Shown here in pieces: positions 52,212 to 63,476 of a DNA stretch of 64,000 nt. Position 1 is the first letter of the stretch, and each line of letters begins with the position of its first letter. Origin of the DNA: Laetmonice hystrix (lineage: Eukaryota); assembly GCA_965235115.1 (NCBI GenBank), contig OZ249453.1, positions 7,192,001 through 7,256,000 of the forward strand, given 5' to 3'. The translations under genes were made by a program, and so were the position numbers. Under the pieces are notes generated by a model. It did not search any database. It saw only the letters and a program-made list of their open reading frames with translations, and was not told the DNA's origin.

Positions 52212-55200
52212 CTCCAACATCCACATCGATCGCGCCGCGTTTCTCAAATCTAAGGTTACCGTCAGAGACGCGAGGTCGGCGATTGTAGGGGACAAACCGT
52301 TGCGCCATGTCTGGGCCCCTAAGCCGAGAGTGCGACTTTCGATTCCCTCCTTCCAAATAATCAATCCCATCCATATGATAGGGCCTACTGACACTCAAGT
52401 GTAGGAGACGGGATACTTAAGTGTAGGAGACGTGCTTCAATGAGTTTCATTTAGTTGCTTCTTATCCTAATCCCACAAACCGCTCTGGAAACTTTGGAAA
52501 TTCAACCGGAAACGGTTTAGCGTGACGGCAGCGAGATTCAGCGTCAATAACACCGGAAGTCAACTGTCACACGCAATGATCGGGATGGCAACTACAGCGG
52601 GAGGGGTCTCATTGGTCGGACCAGGTCAGTGAGAGGTCAAGGTTTGTGTCCCCCACCTATAGGAGAGATAGGACATGGAAAAAGATTCCTTTATTAATAT
52701 TACGGACTGTGTCATAACTAGATTTGAGACCTTCAAGGACATGACCCAACACCCCTGACTCCGACTCCAACGACCGTTTGTAGTTGTGGCTTGTGCATCT
52801 GCATGCAGGAAATAGATGGCTGGGGGGGGGGGATTCTGGCACATATCCTCTGAAGGGTTCTATATGTATCACTGTAAATAGCACTATAGTAACATTCAAC
52901 GGGTAAAACGTCCTGAGCGAGAATACTTAGGCCATCCCTTTAGCTCACACAGCATTGCAACAGGTACTTCTCTTCTGGTGCAAATAAACTCTACATGTGA
53001 TTTTAGATCTTAGATCTTTAGATCTTAAAGTTATGGTAAATTCCTGAATTTTCTCCAGTTCCCTCTGGTTCTGTCTTATCCAAACTGAAGAGAAACATGT
53101 ATTCTTACCAAATTTGTCCCAAAAGCCATCTATTTACTCGTGATTCTTGCGAAATTTGATGGGCAAACCTACACCCCTTGCAACACGCAATTAACAGAAG
53201 TATAGCCCAGATCTAACTCGTATTTTATATTACAAATACATATGTCGTATTCACATTATGTAGACAGGAGGGGGAGGGACGAGTGGGCCTCCAAGGTGGA
53301 TATTTTTTTGCTGTTGACAATCTAGCATGAGAGGGTTTCACCGGTTGCAATCTGCCTAGGCATGTACGCCCGGCCCCTCAGTTCAAATCCAATGGTGGTT
53401 GAATCATAGCACGTTTTTCTTTCGATTGATCGCGATTTTCGGTTGTACTGCAAGTAACACGCAGGTATTGTCCCTATTGGACATGGCAAATATTTGTACA
53501 CGTCTTTGGTAACATACAGGAAGTAATATTAGAAAATCGTTAAAATTTTCCGACATTCCACGCTATAATATGACTTTAAGTATTTATTATCAGTAATTGA
53601 AGTCTATCCTCCAACCGAGGATAACCTGCATTATTTATTTATAACTTGGCTCTATAACTGTCTGTCCCACTAGGGGACTTGGAGTTTTTCCACTCTAAAA
53701 GAATGCATTTGATTTATACCAGGCGCGGTTTTGTTCCCAAGTTCGACATTTGCTCTAGATCTAGCAAATCAGCCACACTTAAAGCCGTTCACGATTATCT
53801 GCAATGACTCCAAAAATCAGACATGGTCTGTTAGGTTAGATAAGGCCTTAGAACACATAAATCAATAAATGTTTACCCACAGAAATCTAATGAAATTCAA
53901 CATTACAGTTGCCTGTTGCCGCTATGAAGCGAACGTCTTATGGCTGTTGACAAAATCGTTGATCTGGCATTCACTTGAACAGCCAATGAAATTCATCGGA
54001 GGATGAACCAATAAATTTCATTGGCTGTTAAAGCGTATACTCGTAAAGCAGATATTGCTTCGATAATAAACTATACTGAATACGAAAGATTCATCAGGAA
54101 ATTCAAGGAGTCCTAGGTATATTCATACTGACGTGGAACCTTAGCCAGATGTTTTCCTAAGATAATTTACAGCGCAAACTCTTGACAGTGTAAATATACA
54201 GTGACATTAAGGGCGGGCACTCGGAATGTCAGCTAAATCAATAAAATAAATAACGGATTGTCATAGAGAACGAATGCGAACAAATATTACCACACATGAC
54301 GGATTTCTTTAGCTTGACGGCTTCAATATTTGTCAGGGCTCTATGAGACCAAGAATGCCGGGACATCGGCCCAACGGGCAGGCAATGAGAGCCACATCCC
54401 TATGGCAAAATCTACATGAGGTCCGGACCCCCCTCCCCCCCCCCCCCCCGCTAAGTTTGTTTATTTTGTTATTTTACGCCTACATTACACCACAAACTTC
54501 TTTTCATGACTCTCAGTGTATTCCTTTATTATTATTTTATTATTTTATTTTATTCCTTTTTTGCAATTTTACCGGGGTAAGGCCCCAGACTGTCACCTCA
54601 CCCAGCGGTTCGCATCTTCCGACCCCCCCCCCCCCCCGGAACAAATTCCTGTGGTCCCCAGACCCCTTAAACCTTTCCCTATTATCTATTATCTATTATC
54701 TATTATATCCAAGTCCTAACATATTATATCTAAATGTAAACTGCGGACTATTCTAGCTATATCACAAAAAAAACATGATTCCGAAGTTTGCAGATATGTA
54801 GAAGGAATGCCACTGATCTGGTTTTGCTGTATGGAAAAATATCAGCAGCATCTCTATATAATATATACTGTCTGTATAATAAAATATCAGCAGCATCTCT
54901 GTATGTTCTTCCTGACATACTGTGAAACAAGTTTGAACACCGACTGTGTTCTCTGAGTAACTCAGAGTACAAAAGTTGATGGAGTTCTGCCATGCGGCAA
55001 GAAATAGCTGATAGCATTCGGGAAGGGATGTTTCAGTCCAGAAAACCTGACAGGTTGTCAGTTACATCGCGGTCGCCTCCGCATCTGTTCTGGACAAAAA
55101 CAAAGCTGGAAGATTTTTGTTGTGCGAGGTACGATCACATTTATGACTAATATCCTTTCAATTAACGCCCAACTTTCCCGCTAATTGCACGCAACCAAAA

Positions 55201-55692
55201 TGTGTTACCAATGCACATTAACTCCGTTCTTCAATGTGTGTCGAATCGCATCCTCTATCAGTGTGTGTCGAATCGCATGAAGCATCCTCTAGAAACGTTA
55301 CTTTTACAGCGAATTATCTCGGCAATTGAAAGGGTTTTTTTCTGAAAGATACAAAAAGGGTTTATGCACCTACTAATGCTGTATTTACTTTGGTTAGCAG
55401 TGCACCCAAGTTACTGGTCTTACTCGGCTTTGATGTACATGGAATTATTCATTTGTGTTCTCTTGTTACAATAAAGGACAGCGAACAACTTGTGGGTCAT
55501 CCAGGTTGATTCCTTATGGTAACGCCTCGTCAAAATATGGTGGTCTCTAACCCCTTCCCCCTCAAATTTGGTGGTCCGAACAATATATTCCTAGCCCCTG
55601 ACCCCATTGGTCCTCAGATTTCCTATTATAAAGTATTTTTTATTTTTTACCCCTGCCCGTGACTTCCAATGTCGTGGGAATGTTACTGTGGC

Positions 55693-56044
55693 GAGGAACT
55701 AACGACAAGAATGAAATGACACAAAATTAGCAACATGAGGAACTAACGACAAGAATGAAATGACACAAAATTAGCAACATGAGGAACTAACGACAAGAAT
55801 GAAATGACACAAAATTAGCAACATGAGGAACTAACGACAAGAATGAAATGACACAAAATTAGCAACATGAGGAACTAACGACAAGAATGAAATGACACAA
55901 AATTAGCAACATGAGGAACTAACGACAAGAATGAAATGACACAAAATTAGCAACATGAGGAACTAACGACAAGAATGAAATGACACAAAATTAGCAACAT
56001 GAGGAACTAACGACAAGAATGAAATGACACAAAATTAGCAACAT
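55693..56044 (+). repeat. Perfect 44-bp tandem array, 8 copies
   Basis: GAGGAACTAACGACAAGAATGAAATGACACAAAATTAGCAACAT x8, with no variants seen. Confidence 0.97.
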
Positions 56045-56784
56045 CTGCCCAGTGCCATTGCTATAGGAAACTTCCGCCGGAAGTTGGGAGATTGGCAGGT
56101 AAAGCAATGACTGCACGACAAGCGCATGGAAAGGGTGTTAATTGTTATAATATCAGATGTCAGGAAAACGTTGCTCCCCCCCCCCCTAATCTTTTAAAGG
56201 AGCGTTCTGGATCAACAATCATGTTGGAGAAGAGTGACATCTAAGCATGACAAATATTGTTAGAAGTGACATTTATACATTTATAGGCCTACTTTGCAGA
56301 TGTTTCAGGCTAATACGTGTATATTGTTTCTGACAAAAAGCGCGTATATCAGTAAATATTGTACTTGCCTTGAAGTAATGTTTCATGTTAAAACTCAACC
56401 GAATACCTAATACAGTCAGAGGATTCCACAGCTGTCTATACTTTACTTTAATTATCGCATTTTCCTCGACAGTAGGGGAATGGGATTTTGAGACTGTAGC
56501 TGTTAGTGTACATTCTTCTATGCCTGTGAAATTGTGTATATACCATAGAACTGTACTGGGACAGTTCTATGTATATACTAAACATGTCACTATAGATCTA
56601 CGTCATATATTTCCTACCTCACTTTGGGACGCCATTCCCGCGGATTTTTTAACCACTCTCCCAGGTGTTAGAAAAACGCAGCTAGGGGCCTAAATAGCCT
56701 GAACTTGGTCTTACATGTCTTACATTGCTGAGGAGGACATCCAACTGGAGATGGCACTAGTACTAGGCTTACTGCATGCGGTAT

Positions 56785-57100
56785 CAGTGGGGGATCCAGG
56801 ATTTTGATAAGGGGGGGCCCACCTGAAAAAGAATTGTAGCCTCGCTACGCTCGGCATGATTTTATTGCACTTATAACCATGTTGGGCCCCTTTTGATCTA
56901 TTTCAAAAGGGTTATGTTGCTCCTGGATGACTGAGGAGGCCCCTTTGGGCCCGATGTTACTATCACGTTTAATATAGGAGGCTGTTTTAAAAGAATGTTG
57001 TTGGAATCCTGATTTCAGGGTCCCAATAATGCATCTTCTTAAAAAAAAGCGGGGAAAAGGAAAATTTAAGGGGGGTCCTGGGCCCCTGGATCCCCCAGTG
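56785..57100. mobile_element. hAT-like MITE (CAGTG-type TIR)
   Basis: CAGTGGGGGATCCAGG ... CCTGGATCCCCCAGTG (15/16). The 8-bp flanks TGCGGTAT and GACCGTAT match only 5/8. Confidence 0.55.
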
Positions 57101-57638
57101 GACCGTATGGTTGTGGGTTGACCCATTGCCGAGCAATGTGAATAGTGCACAAACACCGTCTACAGGAATGTTTCCGGTTATTGCCAGTAGATGGCGGTGG
57201 AGTAGTACTCCCGACGTCCGCTTGAGGGACGGCCGTGAGAGCAATAGGACACGCCATCTATCGGGTAAATATAGGAGTGAGGAAACCATAGGTCGACAGG
57301 TGGCGCTACAGTATGCGCGGTAATTCAGCGGTAATGCACTAAATCTGCCGGCCACCATTAGAGAGAGCTCTAAACTTATCAATGTCACAAATGACAAAGG
57401 ACGAGTAGCTGGATAAACACTAACGCAACTAGTTTGGCCAGCACCATGCATAGGCGGATCCAAAGGGGGGGGGGGGCAACAGGGGCACGTGCGCCCCCTT
57501 ATAGCATCCCTAATTCACCCATTTTAAAATAATTTTGTCATATTTAGATTAGACACATAATATCACATCATGAGTGGACAGAATGAAGCAAATGGTTGTA
57601 ACCTATGACACAGAAGTCCTATATACAACAAAACAGCA

Positions 57639-58263
57639 TGTAACAACTGTTTGAGTTGATATTTTATCATTATTATGTAACAACTGTTTGAGTTGACATT
57701 TTATCATTATTATGTAACAACTAGCTGTTTGAGTTGACATTATATAATTATTATGGAATGACTGTTTGAGTTGACATTATATAATTATTATGGAATGACT
57801 GTTTGAGTTGACATTTTATCATTATTATGTAACAACGGTTTGAGTTGACATTTTATCATTATTATGTAATAACTGAGTTGACATTATATCATTATTATGT
57901 AATGACTGTTTGAGTTGACATTATATCATTATTATGTAATAACTGTTTGAGTTGACATTTTATCATTATTATGTAACAACTAGCTGTTTGAGTTGACATT
58001 ATATAATTATTATGGAATGACTGTTTGAGTTGACATTATATCATTATTATGTAACAACTGTTTAAGTTGACGTTTTATCATTATTATGTACTAACTGAGT
58101 TGACATTATATCATTATTATGTAATAACTGTTTGAGTTGACATTATATCATTATTATGTAATGACTGTTTAAATTGACATTATATCATTATTATGTAATT
58201 ACTGTTTGAATTGACTTTATATCATTATTATGTAACAACAGTTACTGTATATCATTATTATGT
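57639..58263. repeat. AT-rich minisatellite, ~37-bp unit, ~17 copies
   Basis: Unit ATGTAACAACTGTTTGAGTTGACATTATATCATTATT. Confidence 0.93.
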
Positions 58264-58305
58264 AATATACTTGAACCCTGAGTCGTTATATTCCATGTAC
58301 ATGTA

Positions 58306-58311
58306 TTTATT
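58306..58311 (-). terminator. Candidate polyA signal of the C1GALT1-like gene
   Basis: AATAAA on the minus strand about 155 nt after the stop codon. Confidence 0.4.
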
Positions 58312-58463
58312 TTCGTTGCTCTGTAGAACATCCTGAATGAGCAGTATTAGATTTACTCATACCGCCTCTATCATACTGATAGCATATCACAGTCAAACAA
58401 GCAGTATCATGCTTAAAGATAATCGTTGGAAATCACTGGTTCCTTGCCTAGAAAATGCCTTAC

Positions 58464-58586
58464 TCATAGAGGCACGATTTCCTTGCCATGGGGCCGAGCC
58501 CGGTACAGGAAGTACTCGAGAACATACATCTCCTCTGGTTTGATGTAATGGAATGAAACTGGGTAATGACTGCAGCAGCTCCAACC
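58464..58586 (-). CDS. C1GALT1: C1GALT1-like coding exon 4 (terminal): GWSCCSHYPVSFHYIKPEEMYVLEYFLYRARPHGKEIVPL*
   Basis: Acceptor ACAG|GGT, phase 0. The CCS..xSFHY..P..MY.LEY.LY motif is typical of the C-terminus of core-1 synthases. Confidence 0.92.
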   Translation of the reverse strand, partial: GWSCCSHYPVSFHYIKPEEMYVLEYFLYRARPHGKEIVPL

Positions 58587-58843
58587 CTGTCCGATCAGGT
58601 CAAACAGAAAAAAAATATTGCTGTTTAAAAAAATCCAACAGAACATGACTTTCCTACCAATACCGTTATGTTTACAGTAAAGGATCATTAACTCTTACAA
58701 TTTTTAGTCAAGCAAAAGGAAACGTGGTGACTGTAAGGCAAAGCGTTAAGTACTCGTGAATATCGTGAATCAAAGACCTATAGTAGGACCTTTTTGTGGC
58801 CGCTTTTTGCAAGGAGTACAGTTCACAAAGAGTAAGGTCTTAC

Positions 58844-59010
58844 CTTCAGAGCGCCATCTGGATCTCGCTTGATGTACCACTCAGGGTATCGGCCCTTGAT
58901 ATGGGTGACTGGGTTAAACACCAGAAAACGTTCTCTCCCGCGACTGTCTCGCGTATCCACGGCAGAAGCACCAACTCTCGTGAGACAGTCAGCTGTCTTC
59001 CAGTCTTCAC
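58844..59010 (-). CDS. C1GALT1: C1GALT1-like coding exon 3: (G)EDWKTADCLTRVGASAVDTRDSRGRERFLVFNPVTHIKGRYPEWYIKRDPDGALK
   Basis: Acceptor CTAG|GT and donor AAG|GTAAGA. Contains the ED..xxxC..xG....D.RD..GRERF motif of GT31 C1GalT enzymes. Confidence 0.92.
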
Positions 59011-59267
59011 CTAGATACCGTGAAATAGAGTTTGTCATACCTTCATCTTTGTCTTGTTCCTTTATTTACTTTTCTCTTTTTTTTCTCTTTTTTTCTATTT
59101 TTTATTTCTGTATACTTAGATTTCCATGCATCTTTGCTTCTTCAACAAAATGTGCACTTAGTTTCAGATACCGGTTTCCGTTCATTTGATGGTTAAAGAA
59201 GAAAAAGAAGAGAGAGAGAAACAGAGAGAGACAGAGACAGAGAGACAAATAGAGAAGATTTGGTTAC

Positions 59268-59753
59268 CTTGTCCGTCTGGCATACAGTTGATAGGGAGAG
59301 AAAATGCCTTCTTCACCAAACGTCTCAAGGCTTCCTTACTGAGCACCACTCCCGAACCCCCACTCACGTATGAGTACCTCCATCCCGGCTGGTGAAAACG
59401 ATGTCCGTAATACTCCGGCTTCCATGGGTCTCGGTGCGACAAGTATTCACGGAGATTCTCTACGACCACGTAAGTGTCAGGGTCTGCCTTGACGAAAAAA
59501 TCAGCTTCATCGAAATAGTTTTCGTACACGTGTTTCCAAGCAGCTTTGGATTTAGCGGCAATGTGGTTTCGACCTGCGAGTACCGGCAGACCAATTGTAG
59601 GGAAGGTGTCATTCCGTGCGGAGCTCATGTAAAGGGTTACGTCACAGCGTCTTCCCCACGTGTTTTTCACGTGTTTAGTCCGTTTTTCGAGGTCATTAGG
59701 GTCTGTCATAATCCAACAGAGTATTCTAACGGGCTTTAGAGGGGCTGCTTTAT
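59268..59753 (-). CDS. C1GALT1: C1GALT1-like coding exon 2 (catalytic core): VRILCWIMT...TWGRRCD...KADPDTY...YVSGGSGVVLSKEALRRLV
   Basis: Acceptor CTTTCAG|AT and donor CAAG|GTAACC. Carries the hallmark GT31/T-synthase motifs including DxD. The four exons total 1158 nt, giving 385 aa plus stop, in phase. Confidence 0.95.
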
Positions 59754-60351
59754 CTGAAAGAACATGTGAATAAGCAAAGATATATACATTAGGCCCTATA
59801 TTGTATAAGAAATACCTGTGATAGGCCTATATAGACCTATATAGTAGGCCTATAGGCCAAATTAAACATTGTCAGAAAATTAGAAATAGGCCAAATGAAA
59901 TGATATCTATTCCAGTACCCTAAATAATTTTACAATCTTTTTCTGTTTTACAATAATTGTCGTAGGCCTATGGTTATTTCTTTCTGTGTCGTGCCTGTCC
60001 ATCGTCCTGGTGGCGAGCTACGAACTGATGCATGACAATCACGTCTGGTTCGCTGTCGGCAGTTCATTGGCGCCGTTTGGAGGGGAGGGTTGGTAAATTG
60101 AATGATCCTCCTATTTTTCTACTTTTGAGTGCAGTAATTAGGAAGCATTGACAACAATATCCATGATATCTTAACAAAGAAAATTGCAAAAAGAGTCTCC
60201 ATGGATATGATGTATCAACCATGCAGGATCGGCGATCCTTGCTAAGATCCACGATCGACTGATCCTTTTTGGTTTGATCCAGATCGCCTACCGCAAAATA
60301 ACCACACGTACTACTTCAAACCGGAAGTGCCTACTATAATCTATTGCATAC

Positions 60352-60733
60352 CTGACTTTTGAGCACTCTTCGTAGTGACAGACACGTATTCGAACATTTT
60401 GCGCCTTGCCCTGGAGCCGTCTGGTGTGTGTATATCCAATTCGATCCGAGTTGGTTTTTCTCCCGTCCTTTTCCCGCCTTTTCTCCGAATGTCGTCTGCC
60501 TGGAGTTCACTCTCATTCGCGAATGTCGCTGGAGCGCTGTCGATGGTCCTTACTGCGGTAACGCTCTGGAGGAGTTTCCCAGGAAGAGATGTGTGACTCC
60601 CGGCGACGGTTGATCGGAACGAACTCCAGCGTCCTCCAGGCACCGAGAGAACCAAGAGGACAAACAGGACGCCTAACACGAACGCTACCAGTTTGGCAAG
60701 TACTCGCTGGAACCGCACGCCCTGGCTCATCAT
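60352..60733 (-). CDS. C1GALT1: C1GALT1-like coding exon 1: short cytoplasmic tail, signal-anchor TM and stem
   Basis: MMSQGVRFQRVLAKLVAFVLGVLFVLLVLSV is a type II membrane anchor. The phase-1 donor TCAG|GTATGC matches exon 2. A pyrimidine tract plus AG directly upstream of the ATG suggests an upstream UTR exon. Confidence 0.85.
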
Positions 60734-61360
60734 CTCAGATTAAGACAGTTAAAGAAAAAAAAACTCCCCAAAATATACATAAACCAATGGTCACACTTGT
60801 GGATAGTTTGCGGACAGAATGAGCAAACAGAAAGGGCGGGTTAACAAAATAATCCTAGCCCTCCGTTGTGAGACTGTAATTACACCGAATCTAGAGTCTC
60901 CCCGGTGTAGCGATTCACTGGATTCTGATCGGACCAAACCGGTCTGCCTGTAACCTCAATCCTAAGATCACTGTCCTTTCGTGTCCGTCTGTCTGTCCCC
61001 TCCAGCCTTGACCCAGCCGCCACCACGGGCTGGCCTCCCGCCAAGCTGTGCAAGTCTCACAGCTGTCGACCACGAGGCCAAAGCGATGGCGATTGTTGAG
61101 CTACAAATACATCTGTCGCGATGCGACACGATGCGAAGTGACGTTAATAATATCGACCATGTCAATTATACACGGCCCCGACCCGACTGTCACATGCACG
61201 ACGCGATTCCCCATTGGTTGTCAAGGGAAAGTCGGGTCTGTTGCCCGTAATGGCGAGCAGATCTCTACGATTCCCCCTCTGCCCATCTAGGCTACATAGG
61301 CCTATAGATCTATCCCAAAGGGGATATGGGGATACTACCTCGGATAAAACAGGAGGCCAG

Positions 61361-61536
61361 GCCCCGGTTTTTAGTTTGCAAACCGAGTCTTAAGATTCAA
61401 ATCTTAAGACTGGACTCTTGTTTCAGAGCTTCTGATTGGTCCTTCAAATGAAGTCAGCCAATGAGGGACCATAACACAAGTCAGTCTTAAAATTCCAGTC
61501 TTAAGATTGGTAAAATGACGAACTAAAAACCGGGCC
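61361..61536. mobile_element. Harbinger-like MITE (CWG flanks)
   Basis: CAG|GCCCCGGTTTTTAGTT ... AACTAAAAACCGGGCC|CTG (15/16 TIR). Termini resemble the 10391-10559 element. Confidence 0.7.
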
Positions 61537-61793
61537 CTGGGCCCCCTGCCCCCATGGATCCCCTACTGATGTAGTGTAATGCTATACTTGCATTTACTCG
61601 TGTATATTCGTACTAGGCCTATATAGATACATAGGTAAATCTATAAACAGCAGTGCACCTAATACGAGTCATGTAGATCTATACCGATTCCTATACCTCC
61701 AAGCCCTCCGCGGTTTCCGCTAGGGGGCCAAGCGTCCGCTAGGGGGCGGCAGTGAACGTCATCAGCGTCACAGTGACTCATCATAGCCTGGAC

Positions 61794-62013
61794 GGTGTTT
61801 CAATAAGCGCGTCCGACCGTCCGACTGGCGATGGACAGTCTGTCGCTTCGTTATAGGGCCTGTAATTTTTTTATCCGTCGCCGGTCGGACGGTCGGACGC
61901 GCTATTTGAAATTGGCTGGAGACCTGCGCCCTCTGGTGGCAGTCTGGCCGCATCTGGTGCGGCGGTAGAGGGCAGCAGCAGAGGGCAGGTCTCCAGCCAA
62001 TATTTGAAACACC
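61794..62013. repeat. Nested inverted repeats (two hairpins inside an outer IR)
   Basis: Outer pair GGTGTTTCAA / TTGAAACACC. Hairpin 1 is 61798-61835 with 61874-61910; hairpin 2 is 61908-61927 with 61985-62005. Confidence 0.75.
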
Positions 62014-62241
62014 CCCCCTGGTTCCCCTGCCCGCCGCTACGCTCCTTGGCGCTGATGGTCGCTCGTAGCCTCGTAGCGGCCGGCAGGGGAACCAGGCAGA
62101 CGAGTTCCACATCTTTATAACAGGTGGCGCCACGGTAGGCCTTATACTCCAAGTTTATATACCTCAGTTAGACCACGGCCGGGTTGGGGGGGGGGGGGGG
62201 GGTAAATAAAGAGTTTTACATCTTCACCCTGAACCTTTATC

Positions 62242-62543
62242 CATGGTTCCCACGCTATCAACTTTCCTAAATTCATGGACTTTTCCCGGATTGGTATGAC
62301 TTTTTCCATGACCATGTTCAGGTCTCCTTCCATTTTTTCTTAGCATGGGATATTGACGAACGGTACTGTGATTCGGCCAGACTGTAAATCAGCCACCTAG
62401 AATTGGAGTCTATTGGTCAAATTCCCAGACTTTTCCCGGACTTGAGCAGATATTTATCAAATTCCTGGACTTTTCCCGGCCCGGGAGGCCCCAATATGAA
62501 AATTCCGGATTTTTCCCGGTTGCCCGGACCCGTGGGAACCATG
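62242..62543. mobile_element. hAT-like MITE with a 13-bp TIR and a 6-bp TSD
   Basis: TTTATC|CATGGTTCCCACG ... CGTGGGAACCATG|TTTATC. Four internal AAATTC....(C/T)TTTTCCCGG subterminal repeats. Confidence 0.75.
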
Positions 62544-62889
62544 TTTATCATAGCTTTTCCAAAATCTACTTGTAGAATTAACAAACTGTGACACGTTATA
62601 GTTTGTACATTCATTTATTCTTCAAACTTGGGGACGGTATAGAGAGCCAGTGGCGCCCCCTATAGCCAGTCCTGCTCTCCTCTCGCTGTCCCGGGGACAT
62701 GTTGTTTTCATGAGGGCGTAAAGCAAGTGGGAGGACATCTACCGGCATCCATATGGACTAACACCTGCGACATTCAACTGCACTCCATAGGAGCCTGAGG
62801 CAAAATTAGTTCTCACTTCTACAGGAATATGGGTCTCTCTTAATTTTACTTTTCCATGCTGAGTCAATTCCTCCAATTTTTTTTCTTCT

Positions 62890-62913
62890 TTATTGCACAG
62901 CTTCTTTTTCAAC
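62890..62913 (-). CDS. MICOS10: MICOS10 exon 4 (terminal): VEKEAVQ*
   Basis: Acceptor TTTTTTTTGCAG|GTT, phase 0, TAA stop. Confidence 0.85.
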   Translation of the reverse strand, partial: VEKEAVQ

Positions 62914-63101
62914 CTGCAAAAAAAAAGCATCCGTCTGATATGATAGCTTCACATGTCAATTGAATCATTGAATGAGCATAATTCTTACAATGACTGACAT
63001 AAAGACAATATTTATAAAGAATTTAAACTCAGGACTGTTAAACTAGCTGCTGCAAGTTAACTAGACCTAATTATCATCTCACAGGAGCCACCGATACATA
63101 C

Positions 63102-63211
63102 TTTTCTAATTTTGCCATGGATAACATTTCGATATGTGAAATCATTCTGGCAGTTAGCATAGGCCATCCCAAGACCCGCTCCTGCTCCAAATGCCACTGG
63201 CCAGGGACGCC
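63102..63211 (-). CDS. MICOS10: MICOS10 exon 3: (R)RPWPVAFGAGAGLGMAYANCQNDFTYRNVIHGKIRK
   Basis: Acceptor TTTTCACACAG|GG and donor AAA|GTATGT. Contains the WP..FG.G.GLGMAY.NCQ.DF signature of MIC10 (second TM GxGxGxG). Confidence 0.95.
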
Positions 63212-63428
63212 CTGTGTGAAAATAAAGAGATCATCCACGTAAGATAAATCGGAATATGTGTCAAAAGGGCACTTAAATCTCAGCTCTTTGAAGGAATGGA
63301 CAGTTGTTTTTATCATATCTTTAAAATTATTATTAATATAGTATGACATATATGGCTAAAATAGAAGTATATCTTTATGAATAACTGACAGTGATATAAT
63401 CATATCTTGTATATAATTAAATACTCAC

Positions 63429-63476
63429 GTCGGAAGAAAACAACTGAGAAGACGATTCCAAGACCAACTCCACTGA
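63429..63476 (-). CDS. MICOS10: MICOS10 exon 2: (V)SGVGLGIVFSVVFFR
   Basis: 48-nt exon with acceptor ATAG|TC and donor CGAC|GTGAGT. Encodes the first TM GxGxG motif. Confidence 0.93.

Larger units (their letters stand above)
61717..62667. promoter_or_regulatory. Cluster of five CTCF-like motifs
   Basis: CCGCTAGGGGGCCA (61717), CCGCTAGGGGGCGGCA (61736), TGCGCCCTCTGGTGGCAG (61925), AACAGGTGGCGCCAC (62119) and GTGGCGCCCCCTATAGCC (62650) resemble the CCAC(C/T)AG(G/A)(G/T)GGCGC consensus. Confidence 0.45.

Noticed and set aside
53320-53400. tRNA gene or SINE head (GTTCAAATCC B box)
   Set aside because: The A box is poor and there is no cloverleaf; likewise only a B box is present at about 3230-3243.
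63074-63349. ORF containing YVDDLFIF, resembling an RT YxDD motif
   Set aside because: The motif lies in the intron and polypyrimidine tract before MICOS10 exon 3, and the real coding frame is different.
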